A stretch of 61,832 nt of DNA, counting the filler, from Sphacelaria rigidula (Eukaryota), in assembly GCA_964200075.2 (NCBI GenBank). It is 7 parts of 7 records of this genome, joined end to end, with 100 filler letters (N's around TTAATTAATTAA, not from the genome) between each part and the next. Parts side by side here need not be neighbours in the genome. Positions count along the whole stretch, not along the records: positions 44,240 to 52,986 come from CAXNAA020010208.1; positions 53,087 to 61,832 come from CAXNAA020010209.1; 5 more parts are not named here. The stretch is one strand, 5' to 3'. Shown here one piece after another: positions 49,101 to 59,900 of this stretch. The notes beneath the pieces were generated by a model. The model worked only from the letters and a program-made list of their open reading frames with translations. It did not search any database and was not told the DNA's origin. A program made the translations under genes and the position numbers. Numbering within the stretch: the first letter of the stretch is position 1; every line of letters begins with the position of its first letter.

Positions 49101-50376
49101 AAAAAATCCAAAGCAGTTGTGTTGCTCTTCAGGGTCTCCGGCCAATTACAGAAATCGAAAATATTTTCGATTGCAATTTTCGGAGATTTTTCTCTACTTC
49201 TTGTGGGCCAGAAAAAAAAAATCGCGCATGCCTTGCGCTTCCCTAAAGTGGCACCAAAATCACCAAACTGCGCCGGAATCCTCCCACGTAATAAAGCAAA
49301 GCATCCCGAGGTGACATCATCCGCCTGGCAGTCGTTTCACGCGAAAAACGCTACCGAAGGGTCAAATAGGCAATTATTAGCCCAAAGCTTTTTCGTGCGC
49401 CAAGACGTGGTGTAAGATGAAGTCCTAAAATCCGAATGATCCGGGAAAAAAATATGATCCAATGAAGAACTACTTTGGGTGCTTTTAGATGGACAACTCA
49501 CCGTGGGTGACATGCATGTGTCCAAGTGAACATGAAATTGGTTCAATAGGTGGAAACTGGAAACACTGCGCGATCGAAGGCATATTGGCAGAAGGTTGTC
49601 GCACGGCGTTACCCACCATCACCTCCACTGTAACTCTTGGACACCCTGAGCAATAAATCACGGTAAAAAAGTTTACTGCGTACATTGCAGTGTTGTCTAT
49701 TATGGTGGAGGGTGTGAAATTTTGTGTTCGCAAAAATGGGGCACAAGAACACCAGAGACGGACTGACTGACTGCCCCCGCAGCCAGCCAACTACAGAACT
49801 GCATCGCACAAAATGATGTATTATTAGAGAGCGTCGCTTTTTGGCCCCGTAGAGTTTACCACTTGGGATGGTGAGAAATTTCTCAGATAGTTTGACTTAA
49901 TTTTAGTGTGAACAGCGAAAATCCGGATCTTTAATGGGGCTGTGCTCCGAGCGTGCTCCTAGGTTGCGCAGAACGCGTTTTGGTCGAAATCGGCGCCTGG
50001 GGCGCCGATTTGAGGTCTGGCAACGCACCCTTTGCCTACGTAACACTCTCCACCCCCCCGCCCGAGGGTTCTCGGTGTGCCTTGGTTGTGGCTAGGGTTA
50101 GGGTTAGTGTTGGTGTTATAGTTTGTTCGAAGTTATAAGTTTCTGAGAAAATTCCCACCATCCCAAGTGGTAAACTGACCTCTTTCTGCCTTGCTCGCTG
50201 GCGGTTCATGTGTTCGCACGTGGGGAATTCCGGGAGGGTCCAACAACTATAATTAGCACCGTTCATGGGACACCTGATCTGATCTGGAGTTTTAATATAC
50301 ACTAACCGCAACCTTTTACCCGAATCCCAACCAACAGGTAAAGCGACAGCCCACGGGCGAAGGCCGCACAACACTG

Positions 50377-50626
50377 CAAGGTTGTGTCATGTAGGGTAGG
50401 GTTTTCTGTAGACCCGGGGTATTTCACCGGGTATTTACCGTACCCGACACTTTCATAGCGGTACCCGACAGTTCTGGAGAGTCTGTAAGACTTTCATACC
50501 CTTACCCGATGGTTCTGTGAGTTCTGTAAGCCTCCCGTACCGTTACCGGGCGCACGGGTATGCTCATGATAAGATACCCAGTGAAAGCCGAGTATACGTG
50601 CCCGTACCCTACAGAACACAACCTTG
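50377..50626. mobile_element. hAT-type MITE (250 bp)
   Basis: TIR CAAGGTTGTG / CACAACCTTG with TACCC-rich subterminal repeats and 8-bp TSD CAACACTG/CAATATTG. Confidence 0.82.
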
Positions 50627-51587
50627 CAATATTGTGCGTATACTCGGCTCAAAGGTTACGTTGTGTACCTAGTAGAGCTCAGATTGGCGCCCGATTTCAG
50701 GGCACGCTGAGGATCACGAGGGACCGTTATCCCTCACATTCGAATGCTATAATGATGCTCAGGTGAGCTCCGACCAGAGTTGTTCGAGGAGTCAGTCGGG
50801 TAAACCACTATCGGTTACAGCAGTTCATCCCTGATTTGCACACGATTGCCCAGCTGTAAGTGCAACAGCACCACGACACGCACGCAGACGAGCGAAGGTA
50901 ATACAATAGTAGAGTTTCCCAACTGCATTTCTGGCCTGCAAGTACATTTGGACAGGAGAGGAGAGGGCAGGAGACCGCCCCAGTTGGCAAAGAGCAACCA
51001 CAGCTACTGGTATTTCCGGGACACAGACCCATCTGTCTTCCTGGCGCCCGATGGGCTACTGGTTACTGGCGGTTGACGACATTTTCGTTTTTCTTGGCAA
51101 CCTAATATTTTTAGAGAAGAAAAACCCTCTGCACTCTACGCTCTACACTCTGAGTGACATCCCAGTTGTTGCTAAAGAAACGATCCGAATGAGATCTTCC
51201 CCTTGCTCTACACTCAATCTTCGGGAGCGTAACCTTCCCCAGTATTGAGGAAAATAAAGGATGTCAAAAGATACGCGTCATGGGGAGGGGGTGCTATACT
51301 CCGTCATGTGGTCTGTAAAATCAGGCCGCAGCATCACCCAGCAAGGTTGGAATACTTTGCAAGGATGAATGAAGCTCTGCGGGTCGACATCTTGACCCCA
51401 ATTTCAGAAGATTACCAAGACAACGCAAAGGACGTGTAACTTGTTGGGCGCGATTCATCATCAATGCAGTGAAACTTTATAGTCTAGCCCATGCGCAGTG
51501 CCCTCATGAAATGTGGGGTACGCCAGCGGATAACAAACGGAAGTAGAAACAGTCCAGCCTTTCGTCTGTACGTACAGCTCAACTCAC

Positions 51588-51670
51588 CTTTCGCGGTAGA
51601 ACATAGTCGTGAAGAGGGTGAGGAAAAGCAACCGCAGACCGGTGAACACCGCGATGTCGAGCAGGCTCGC
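51588..51670 (-). CDS. Membrane protein (MENTAL/TMD0-like), exon A
   Basis: tttcag|GCG...AG|gtgagt, phase 0/2, joins exon B in frame. ASLLDIAVFTGLRLLFLTLF resembles the SLxD......R motif of MENTAL and ABCB9-type TMD0 domains. Confidence 0.68.
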
Positions 51671-52986
51671 CTGAAAGGAGTAAGCCCCCCCTCCCAACCC
51701 CATTCGACGCTCTCCAGCCCAATATAAACACAGGAATAGCACCTGGAGCACTATCGAACCTGAAGCCCATACCAGGAACATCTCACACTAACGTGATGGC
51801 AACGCCGACTACTGTTGATTGAAGGATTTTATTGATTTCGATGCCCGGGTGTCGTTGGATGCGATGTGCTGTTCTAAGGAGTACTACACTGTTGTACAAG
51901 TACTGAGCACTATCAATTGAAAGTACCAAGTATTTTTACAGATGACCACACGACAACGTGGAAACTACTGTATCCACAGAGAGCGTGCCCCTCTCGACAT
52001 CAGCTGAACTCCGAGCATTCGACCGGTGCTCATATCATGGGGTACACGAAGAAGACAATAATTAAACTAGAATACCGAAAATATAGTCATGCTTTAAATA
52101 AGGAACAAACAGAGTGGGACCTCCAAAAGCAAATAGACCGGATAGAATAATTATGGCTAGGGATCCACATAAACAGTTATACTGTATTAGAGCAAGTGAT
52201 ACTCACAATATTACAAATCAATCACGCCCGTGCGACCCAAATATGAAAAATGTTGTTGAGTGGTTTTCCATGGATAATGGCACATTCTCAATTAATTATC
52301 ATGTATCGTACGTAGAAGTCATACTAAACTGAAGTCAACGTCCGCGGAGTGAATCTGGAATTCCCAGTTGTCTCACACGTGAATCGCTCGGAGAGGTCTC
52401 TTCACTCCTCGACACACCAGGTAGGTCACATTGAGATGAAGTGGATATTTACGTCGCATGATTCAGTCCAGCGACGAGGAGATGATGGGGTACTTTTGGG
52501 AGCCATGGACGAGCTAAGTAGAGTAGAGTACAAACGGTCTACTGTGTGTTCTACAGTCCCGCCTCAGCTATCGGTATCGGTGGTGAAGGGAATGGTGTGA
52601 TTACAGGTCCTGGTTTTGTTACTGGGCGTTGTAGCTCAGCTGACCTAAGGACTGCTGTTTAGTTTTCCGTGTGAAGATTGAAGGGTGTCGTACATATTCA
52701 TGTTGATGCGCGGCATGCTCTGTGCTTCGTGCCGCAAACTCATTGAAAGTCACCTCTCAGAGTTTTCGCCGCTTGTCGGTGAGACGTGTTGGCGGACCCT
52801 GCGGGCAGGTTTCGTCACCCCCCTTTCGACATTCAAACTTTCCTGCTCCCTATGCGCGCACAACACGGGGTACTAAGAGAGTACAGGTGCAAAGTAATAA
52901 CGCCATGTGCCCCCCCCCCCCCCCCCCCCCCCCCTACCCTCTCTCCTTTTCTCTTCTCTTCCCTCTCCTTCCCCTTCTTTTTGTTT

Positions 52987-53086
52987 NNNNNNNNNNNNNN
53001 NNNNNNNNNNNNNNNNNNNNNNNNNNNNNNTTAATTAATTAANNNNNNNNNNNNNNNNNNNNNNNNNNNNNNNNNNNNNNNNNNNN
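52987..53086. other. Artificial 100-nt spacer
   Basis: N44-TTAATTAATTAA-N44. Confidence 0.98.
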
Positions 53087-54248
53087 GTTGTTTGTCGTGT
53101 TTTGGTTCTACTCATGATCTTGATTCAGATGTCGTTTGCCTTAACCTTTTGAGGACTGGGGCTCACGAGCGAAAAAACGCGCGTGACTGGCCGTCCGTGT
53201 AGCGAATGACATGAATATTCAAAATCAACCATGCACCCAGGTAGTAGCGTGCACTTATTGTCGTATGGGTTACATCCCACACCGGTCACGGTAAAGCAGT
53301 ACAACGTACAGCATTACACACCAGCGTACAACACCGTGCAATCCCATGTATGCTTGTCTGTATGCTGAGTTGACGTCGACAGACGAGACCTCCAATATGA
53401 TGTCAGGGCAGCAGCGACGAGCCTTGGAGGGTATCGGGCCGAAGGAAATCGCGGGCCAACAACGGGCGTAAATGTGTCACTCAAATCTACATCCAAGCGC
53501 TTGTGAACGATAGTTGCTGATGACCCATGCAAGATGCTACCAGCCTTGGCTGGAGGAATTACGCAGGAGTTGCGGATATTGCCAGTGCTGCGTTACTCAG
53601 CCATCGCGTGAGCGCGGTCATCCTGCTCCACGCCGCTTGCTGGTACCCTCTTGCTGCCGTGCTGTATGCGCTGCTGCAACGGGTGGATGTTGAGAAACAT
53701 GCCCGGCAGAGGCCAGATATCCGGCGATTCATGCCTTCACTGAAACCAAGCATGAAAAAACACGAATATTCTACACTCGGATCGAGTAATTCCTACCGCG
53801 GAAGACCTTGAGGGCGCTCCAAACCGTGTCTACTCGCATGGATGCGCGTGGCATCAGTTAGTTACTGGGCCCTCTTTGGAAAACAAGTGAGAAAACTTGG
53901 TGGCTAGATGTCGGTTAATGCCCGCCTCGTCTCCCGTCCTCGGTCGAGATGATTGGTTTAGCATCAGTCGAGAAAAACAAAATCCTGCCACCGTTTGTTG
54001 AGAACAATACATGTAGTCACAAAATCCATGCTCCGAGCGTTTCAACCTGGGCATACATATATACTCTAGATGCGATCACACGTGCACAACTTCACCTTTC
54101 TTACCCCGCTGATGTTGTCAAAGATGTTCCTGGAGAATAAAATCTGTCCGCCAAACTTCAGCTCGGGGCCACACGATTTAGACGATCTTCTGGACACATT
54201 TTCACATGTATGTCATCATCCCCCTCTTGTCTCGAACACCATATCCAC

Positions 54249-54275
54249 TGTGTGTGTGTGTGTGTGTGTGTGTGC

Positions 54276-54352
<77 letters not shown>

Positions 54353-54700
54353 CGTGCGTGCGTGGTGTGTCGTTTCATCTATTCTGATTTCCAGTCGACG
54401 CCTTTCGGTATATGTGGGCGCATCACCTGGATTCACACAGGAGAGAGAACAACGGAGTCACTTTTTTTTGTTCAAGTACTCCAGCTCCCTCTTCTGCTGC
54501 GCTTGTCGGGGGAGGGATTGCGAGTAGGGTTCAGCGGTCTCTTTCCCTCGTCGGCCGAAATCGAAAGTTGTGTACTCTCGACATGGTCGGTCCCCATCGT
54601 TTGATATGATGTGATAAAAAATATGTTTGTCGTGATTCGAACACATGCCTCAATCGTCAGAAAGTTTCGAGGTTACCAACTGACCCACCGGAACGACCGG
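54249..54700 (-). mobile_element. tRNA-derived SINE, full-length copy with expanded (CA)n tail
   Basis: The minus strand starts CCGGTCGTTCCGGTGGGTCAGTTGGTAACCTCGAAAC, as at 12252, with B box GTTCGAATC. It has the shared 3' core and a ~110-bp (TG)n tract at 54249-54360. Confidence 0.85.
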
Positions 54701-55462
54701 CTTGATCCACCGTGAAGGCATATAGCTGCATTTGTCCCCGAGAAGTAAATTGACCCCAGAGACAATCGACAATGCACGGTGAGCAAACACACAATCACTG
54801 ATCCGACTCGCAAAAGTGCAAAATCCACGGAAAACTGTGGTCACGGTCATACCCCAGCCGAGTTGTTCGACCCTGAGTTGACAAGATAACTTATGGACCC
54901 CGGATATTACGACCATCGCCAACTCCGAAAAACACATTTGCCCCTCCCCATATTCTCTCCCTACATTCAAACATGCTGCCGCGTTATCAACGCGGATACA
55001 GAGTAATACCGCACGACCCTTCATGACCGTCCCGTTGGCCGTTGCCTCACAGCCACCATCAGCTTGGCTGAATGTACCATCTCCTGCTCATCCACGGCGT
55101 GGAGGTGCATAATATGGCTAACATATACGTTAATACTTCCTCTGTCGCACAAGTAAAGCCAGTCATCATCTCTTCCCAACAAAGGAGCCCGCAGTCCAAT
55201 AGTTAGTTTCAGTGAAAATATCAAGTCATGAAGATGCCAACACGAAAAACAACAAAAAGACCGACTAGCAGTAGTTGTTCGGAATATTGATCACGAGATT
55301 GCCCATATTTGGAGATTGTGGGAAGAATTTGTTTCAAGAAACATTTTAGGATTGCCCGTTATTCTAGAACTTGATGCCTGATCGCCCAATCCTCATCACA
55401 ACCGTGATGGACTCTCCCGCACACACACACATCCACGTCGTAAACAGAGCGCCAAGGGATCG

Positions 55463-55812
55463 TTGGGCCGCCGTTACGCCATTGCGGCGGAGATAGCGCC
55501 AGCCATTCCGCCAGACAACCCAAGGGTGCCGAAAGGAACTCTAGGTCCGCTCACCGAGCGGTACGGTGTCGGTCCCAAGTACCCTACAAAACCAAAAGGG
55601 GAGAACCGCAAATCATATATAAAGGGTACCAGGCAGCTCGACTTCTCGAACAACCTCGCAGTGGGCGGCCTTCGCCTCTCACCCCGAACAAAGCCCGCGG
55701 AGCTGCGGACGGTCAACAAGCAGAATCGGTCACTCATGTTCACCCCTGGAATAGGGGCAAGGAACGGCTATTCCCGGGCAGTCTAATTTTTTTCGGCCAT
55801 TCGGCCACGTAG
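55463..55812 (+). pseudogene. Tc1/mariner (IS630-like) transposase N-terminal remnant
   Basis: RYAIAAEI...VPKGTLGPLTERYGVG is HTH-like and is followed by a frameshifted GRP-like motif. The region ends TTTTTCGGCCATTCGGCCACGTAG, like a Tc1 TIR. Confidence 0.45.
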
Positions 55813-57965
55813 GGTAGTGCTCAATCAAGAAAAAAAACGAGTCAACTCAAGAAACGCTAAATATTTCAAAACATTATCCCCCAACGCATTGGGCACGGTT
55901 GAGGGCCCGTGTATGAAGTAACCGGGTGTACTTGCGGGACAGAGAAAGTATGTATATATATATATATATGCATGTATGTATATACTCCGTACTTGCGGGG
56001 CAGAGAAAATACGTATATATGTGCATGCCTCGAATACATTTCTTCTTGGCAATCCGCGCCGTGACCCCTTTCTTCCACAAGAGATCCATAACATTGCACA
56101 CATCACACCAACAGAAGCAGCACTGCCTCCACCGAGGATTGTCCGTGGCAATCGTTTCAGGATCAAAACTGTTGCGTCGACAAGTCACTCTCTGCACGCA
56201 CGGCCCTGTAGGCAACGATTCCAACTCGCTGGAGCACAGTGCCACATAGATGACACCGGGGCTACCGGCGGTCGAGACCTGGTAGCATTTTTAAAGTGCT
56301 CGTGTTACAACAGCGTACTGTCCAAAAGCTGATGTTACAGTGCATTCGGAATCTATCCGTTCAGAACATTAGGACACATTCACTCATCTTCTGTGTATCG
56401 ATTGTATCTCAAAATGCATTGGCCGAGTGGCGTGGTACCTACTGACTCACCACACGTCGGTGCGGTACCGCAGGTACTGCGATGTATCCTGAACCGAATG
56501 TGTTGCACGCTCTTGTGCTGACGGCAGGAAAAACGCTCTCACAGGAAAAACGAATGTATGGTGTCTGACTCCCGAGCATGAGACCGGAGGCTGCACGACG
56601 TCTGCTGTGATTCCCACAAGTGGTTGATGGTTTAGCGGGGGCCATTGTACTGTACTCGCAACGAGTGCTGACGTGAGCACTCTGTTGCCTGCGGATACCT
56701 ACATCATGGAAGGGCTCAAAGCAAAATCACCTCCATCTCTCAGGCCCCTTCTTTGCCCCAAACGACCGCTAGTTTTTTTTGCCTAGCATCGGCGCTGCAC
56801 ACTGCAAGCCAACTCCAAACCCAACACAATATTTCATGTGCCTCAAGCGAAGCTGCCTTTTGTTATTGTGCTGTGCGTAGTTAATGGCTCGAGTTTCGGA
56901 GAGCTGCTCAGTGTCATATGTCGGGAAAAACCTGCTCCTAGGAACGGCCGGGCCCCGATTTCGTTACCGCGATCAGTTTCGAGCAGGGATGAAAAATGTT
57001 GAGAAAAAAATGGTGTCAGCACCTAGAAAACGCCAAGGCCACTTCCAGCGTCTCCAGCGTAGGGACGCTCAGGTACAACATGGAGCGCACAACGTGCCGT
57101 CTGTAGCGAAAAATATGTCATCAAAGTCGCCATGCTGACGTACCGTATATGTGATGAATTTCTGAAGTCTAGGGGCAGGCCGTTCTCCCTGGGACAGCAA
57201 GGAGGGAACATAACGATAAAAGGTAAATAATTTGAGCTTTTTGTGTTTCCCTTACACCGCGAACCAACCTTTGCACCGCAGATCAGGCCTGCATATAACG
57301 GTGGTAATGACGAACGGGGCCTCACTGAAACAGTCTCGCGGAGATCTCTCCATTCACAGCACCTCTTACCCTCAGTACGTGGCACTGTATTTTGCAGAGA
57401 TGGGTAAGCTTGCATCACAGAGGGACCCGCGGTTCAAATACGTCAATGCGGGGTCGAGGCTCATTTTCCCAGGGTGCGCGCTAGCTGCATTTGTTGACAT
57501 TGCAGTCGCATCTACTGCTGTAAGTCCACCAACCATATATTTTCGCTTTTTGTTCCTTGTTTTTCACCTTGCTCCGCGAGAATCACGCTTCACATTGATT
57601 TCGCAGCCGTATTTACAGGAAACGCAGCAAGGCAGCCCGCCTACGGAAAGTAACCCACAATACCACGAAAGCACGTTATTGCAAGTATTTGGGACAAGTG
57701 GAACGGAATTCGCAAAGTCCATGGGGGCCCTCAGTTCGAAGTTACAAATGACGTTCCATTCCAAGTTGTTTTTTTGTTGATGTCATACTGAGCGATGACC
57801 TCGTTTCGTAGCTTATGCAGGCTTCGATCGCTGCTGTTACTTACTCGGCTCAGGGGTAGGTGAAGAACGAATCTCCCAAATCCACGCCCCCTTGCTTCAT
57901 TTTCAGTACGTGAGGGGGGGGCACACTATCTCTTACACAAAACTATGTCCACACTTTTTCATACA

Positions 57966-58330
57966 TGAGACGAGTCACTTGATCTATCAGCTGGGGAACC
58001 AAATTACTTGAACTGAGTCTAGGTAAGCCAGTTCTCTTGGTCTCAGAGCAGCTGAGGCAATTCACTCAAACTGTGTGTAGGCGATACAAGTCAATTGGTC
58101 TCAAACTAGCTGAGGCAGGTTAATTGAGTGAGGGGGGGGGGCAACTTACGAGCGCTGAGTTTGGGTAAGGCAAAGCTCTTGATTTTACTGTTGGTGAGCC
58201 AAGTCACTTGATCGTAGAGTTGGTAGGTGAAGGCACTCGATCTTGGATTAGCTGAGGTAAGTTACTTGAACAGTGTACAGGTGAACCAAGTCACTTGACC
58301 TCACCGTTGGCGCTCAGGTTGGCGAGGCAA
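57966..58330. repeat. 29-bp degenerate tandem array, ~12 units
   Basis: Units such as TGAGACGAGTCACTTGATCTATCAGCTGG, TGAGGTAAGTTACTTGAACAGTGTACAGG and TGAACCAAGTCACTTGACCTCACCGTTGG. Confidence 0.82.
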
Positions 58331-58929
58331 GGACGAGAAAGAGGGAGAGAAATTGGAAAATGCCGAACGGGAGGGAGAGGGGGACACAGGGGTAGCCATA
58401 CCAGATGCCTGAACAAGCTCCGCCTTTAGCCGCAACGACCGACGGCACATGCCAAACAGGCATTGATCTCAAGTTTGATGCAAGATGATAAGGAGTTGGT
58501 CTGAGCTACTGTGTGCGATCTTGATCGATAAAAGCCACCTACTCAGTTATCCCATCAAGGTTTACCAAACACGAGTCGTCGAAAATTACACTTCTGATGG
58601 TTCTCAAAAGCTGCAACTTCATACAAACAAGTTGGATAACAACCATCTTTCGGCCTTAATATCTCCACGTTCACGCATGCCAGCAGGCAAGAGATGTTAC
58701 CATGGGACCCATCACAATCGGACGATCACAGCGTGTTGCATCCTGTCGAGGTGGGAGAAGTATCGAAAAAAGCTGTCAACCCCTGCAGAACATCCACGAG
58801 CAAAAGGCGTTTTTCAGGGGAAAACAACATATTCGTCTCCGCTCGCCAGGACGGGGGGGGGTGGGCGACTGGGCTGAAATAGTTTGTTCACGTACCCTTG
58901 CTCGTCTATTTCCTATTCTGTTGCTCAGT

Positions 58930-59900
58930 TCGAGCTGTATTTCTCGAATGATAACCTCATTTCATGTAGGAAAACGAGCCTTTTCATCGGGAAAAACAAA
59001 TCTCAACCGCGGGCGCAACAGTTCGTCGGGTACAGAAGGGCCTGGAGGCAAGAAAAATCTGACATGTTTCGAGAGTGGCAAGACAGGCCATTTCAAGTCT
59101 GAGTGCCCGAAACGTATCTGTGAAGTTTGTGGTGGCAAGGGTCACTCAAAGGGATCCCATAAAATGATCGTCATGTGTACACCCGACAGTTTTAGGGACT
59201 CCCTTGACTGTGGTTTCATTTACAGCTGAGACCAAGACTGATGAACTCGCGTCTGCAGCCGACGGTGTACCACATGACCGCCCAATTTTGGATGACGGGG
59301 GCGAGGAGGTTGGACAGCCAACAGTGCAACATCGTACCATATGACCCCTTGTAACGACAGTATGTTTGAGTACGAGCCATGCACCGGGTCATCAGCCACG
59401 GTGGCTAACAGCCAGAAATTACCTTCATTAGGATTCGGGAGACTGCATATCGACAGGTAGTGGTAACGATCAACTAACCTTCAGCGTTGGCCGGGTGGCT
59501 CATGTCCCAGAGCACATGTCAATTTATATTCCTTGCAGAGTGTGGTGAGTGAGCATGATCTACCGGTTATCTTGACGAGGAACAATTTCTTTCCGCCAGG
59601 CGGAATAATCACTATCCCCTTCCTCATTAAGCTTACCGGCAGATCATGCTTAATCACAATACTCTGCAAGGAAATAAACTCACATCAAGCTCTGGGACGT
59701 GAACCACCCGGCTAACGCTGAAGGTCAGTAGATCGTTACCACTATCTGTCGACATGCGCAGTTTCCCGAAGCCAAACATGAGTGATTTCTGGCTGTTAGC
59801 CACCGTGACTGACAACCCGGTGCATGACTCGTACTCAAACATACTGTATTCACGAAGGGTTATATGGCATGATGCTGCACTATCGGCAATTCAAACCTCC
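58930..59900. mobile_element. Ty1/copia gag-protease remnant with inverted (fold-back) duplication
   Basis: Two zinc knuckles (CFESGKTGHFKSECPKRICEVCGGKGH) and a copia protease motif (WTANSATSYHMT on +, IADSAASCHIT on -). 59305-59597 is mirrored by 59599-59900. Confidence 0.85.

Noticed and set aside
54070..54604. CV- and HT-repeat ORFs
   Set aside because: They are translations of the (TG)n SINE tail.
57966..58330. CRISPR array
   Set aside because: The repeats are degenerate, the variable part is only ~12 nt, there are no cas genes, and the context is eukaryotic.
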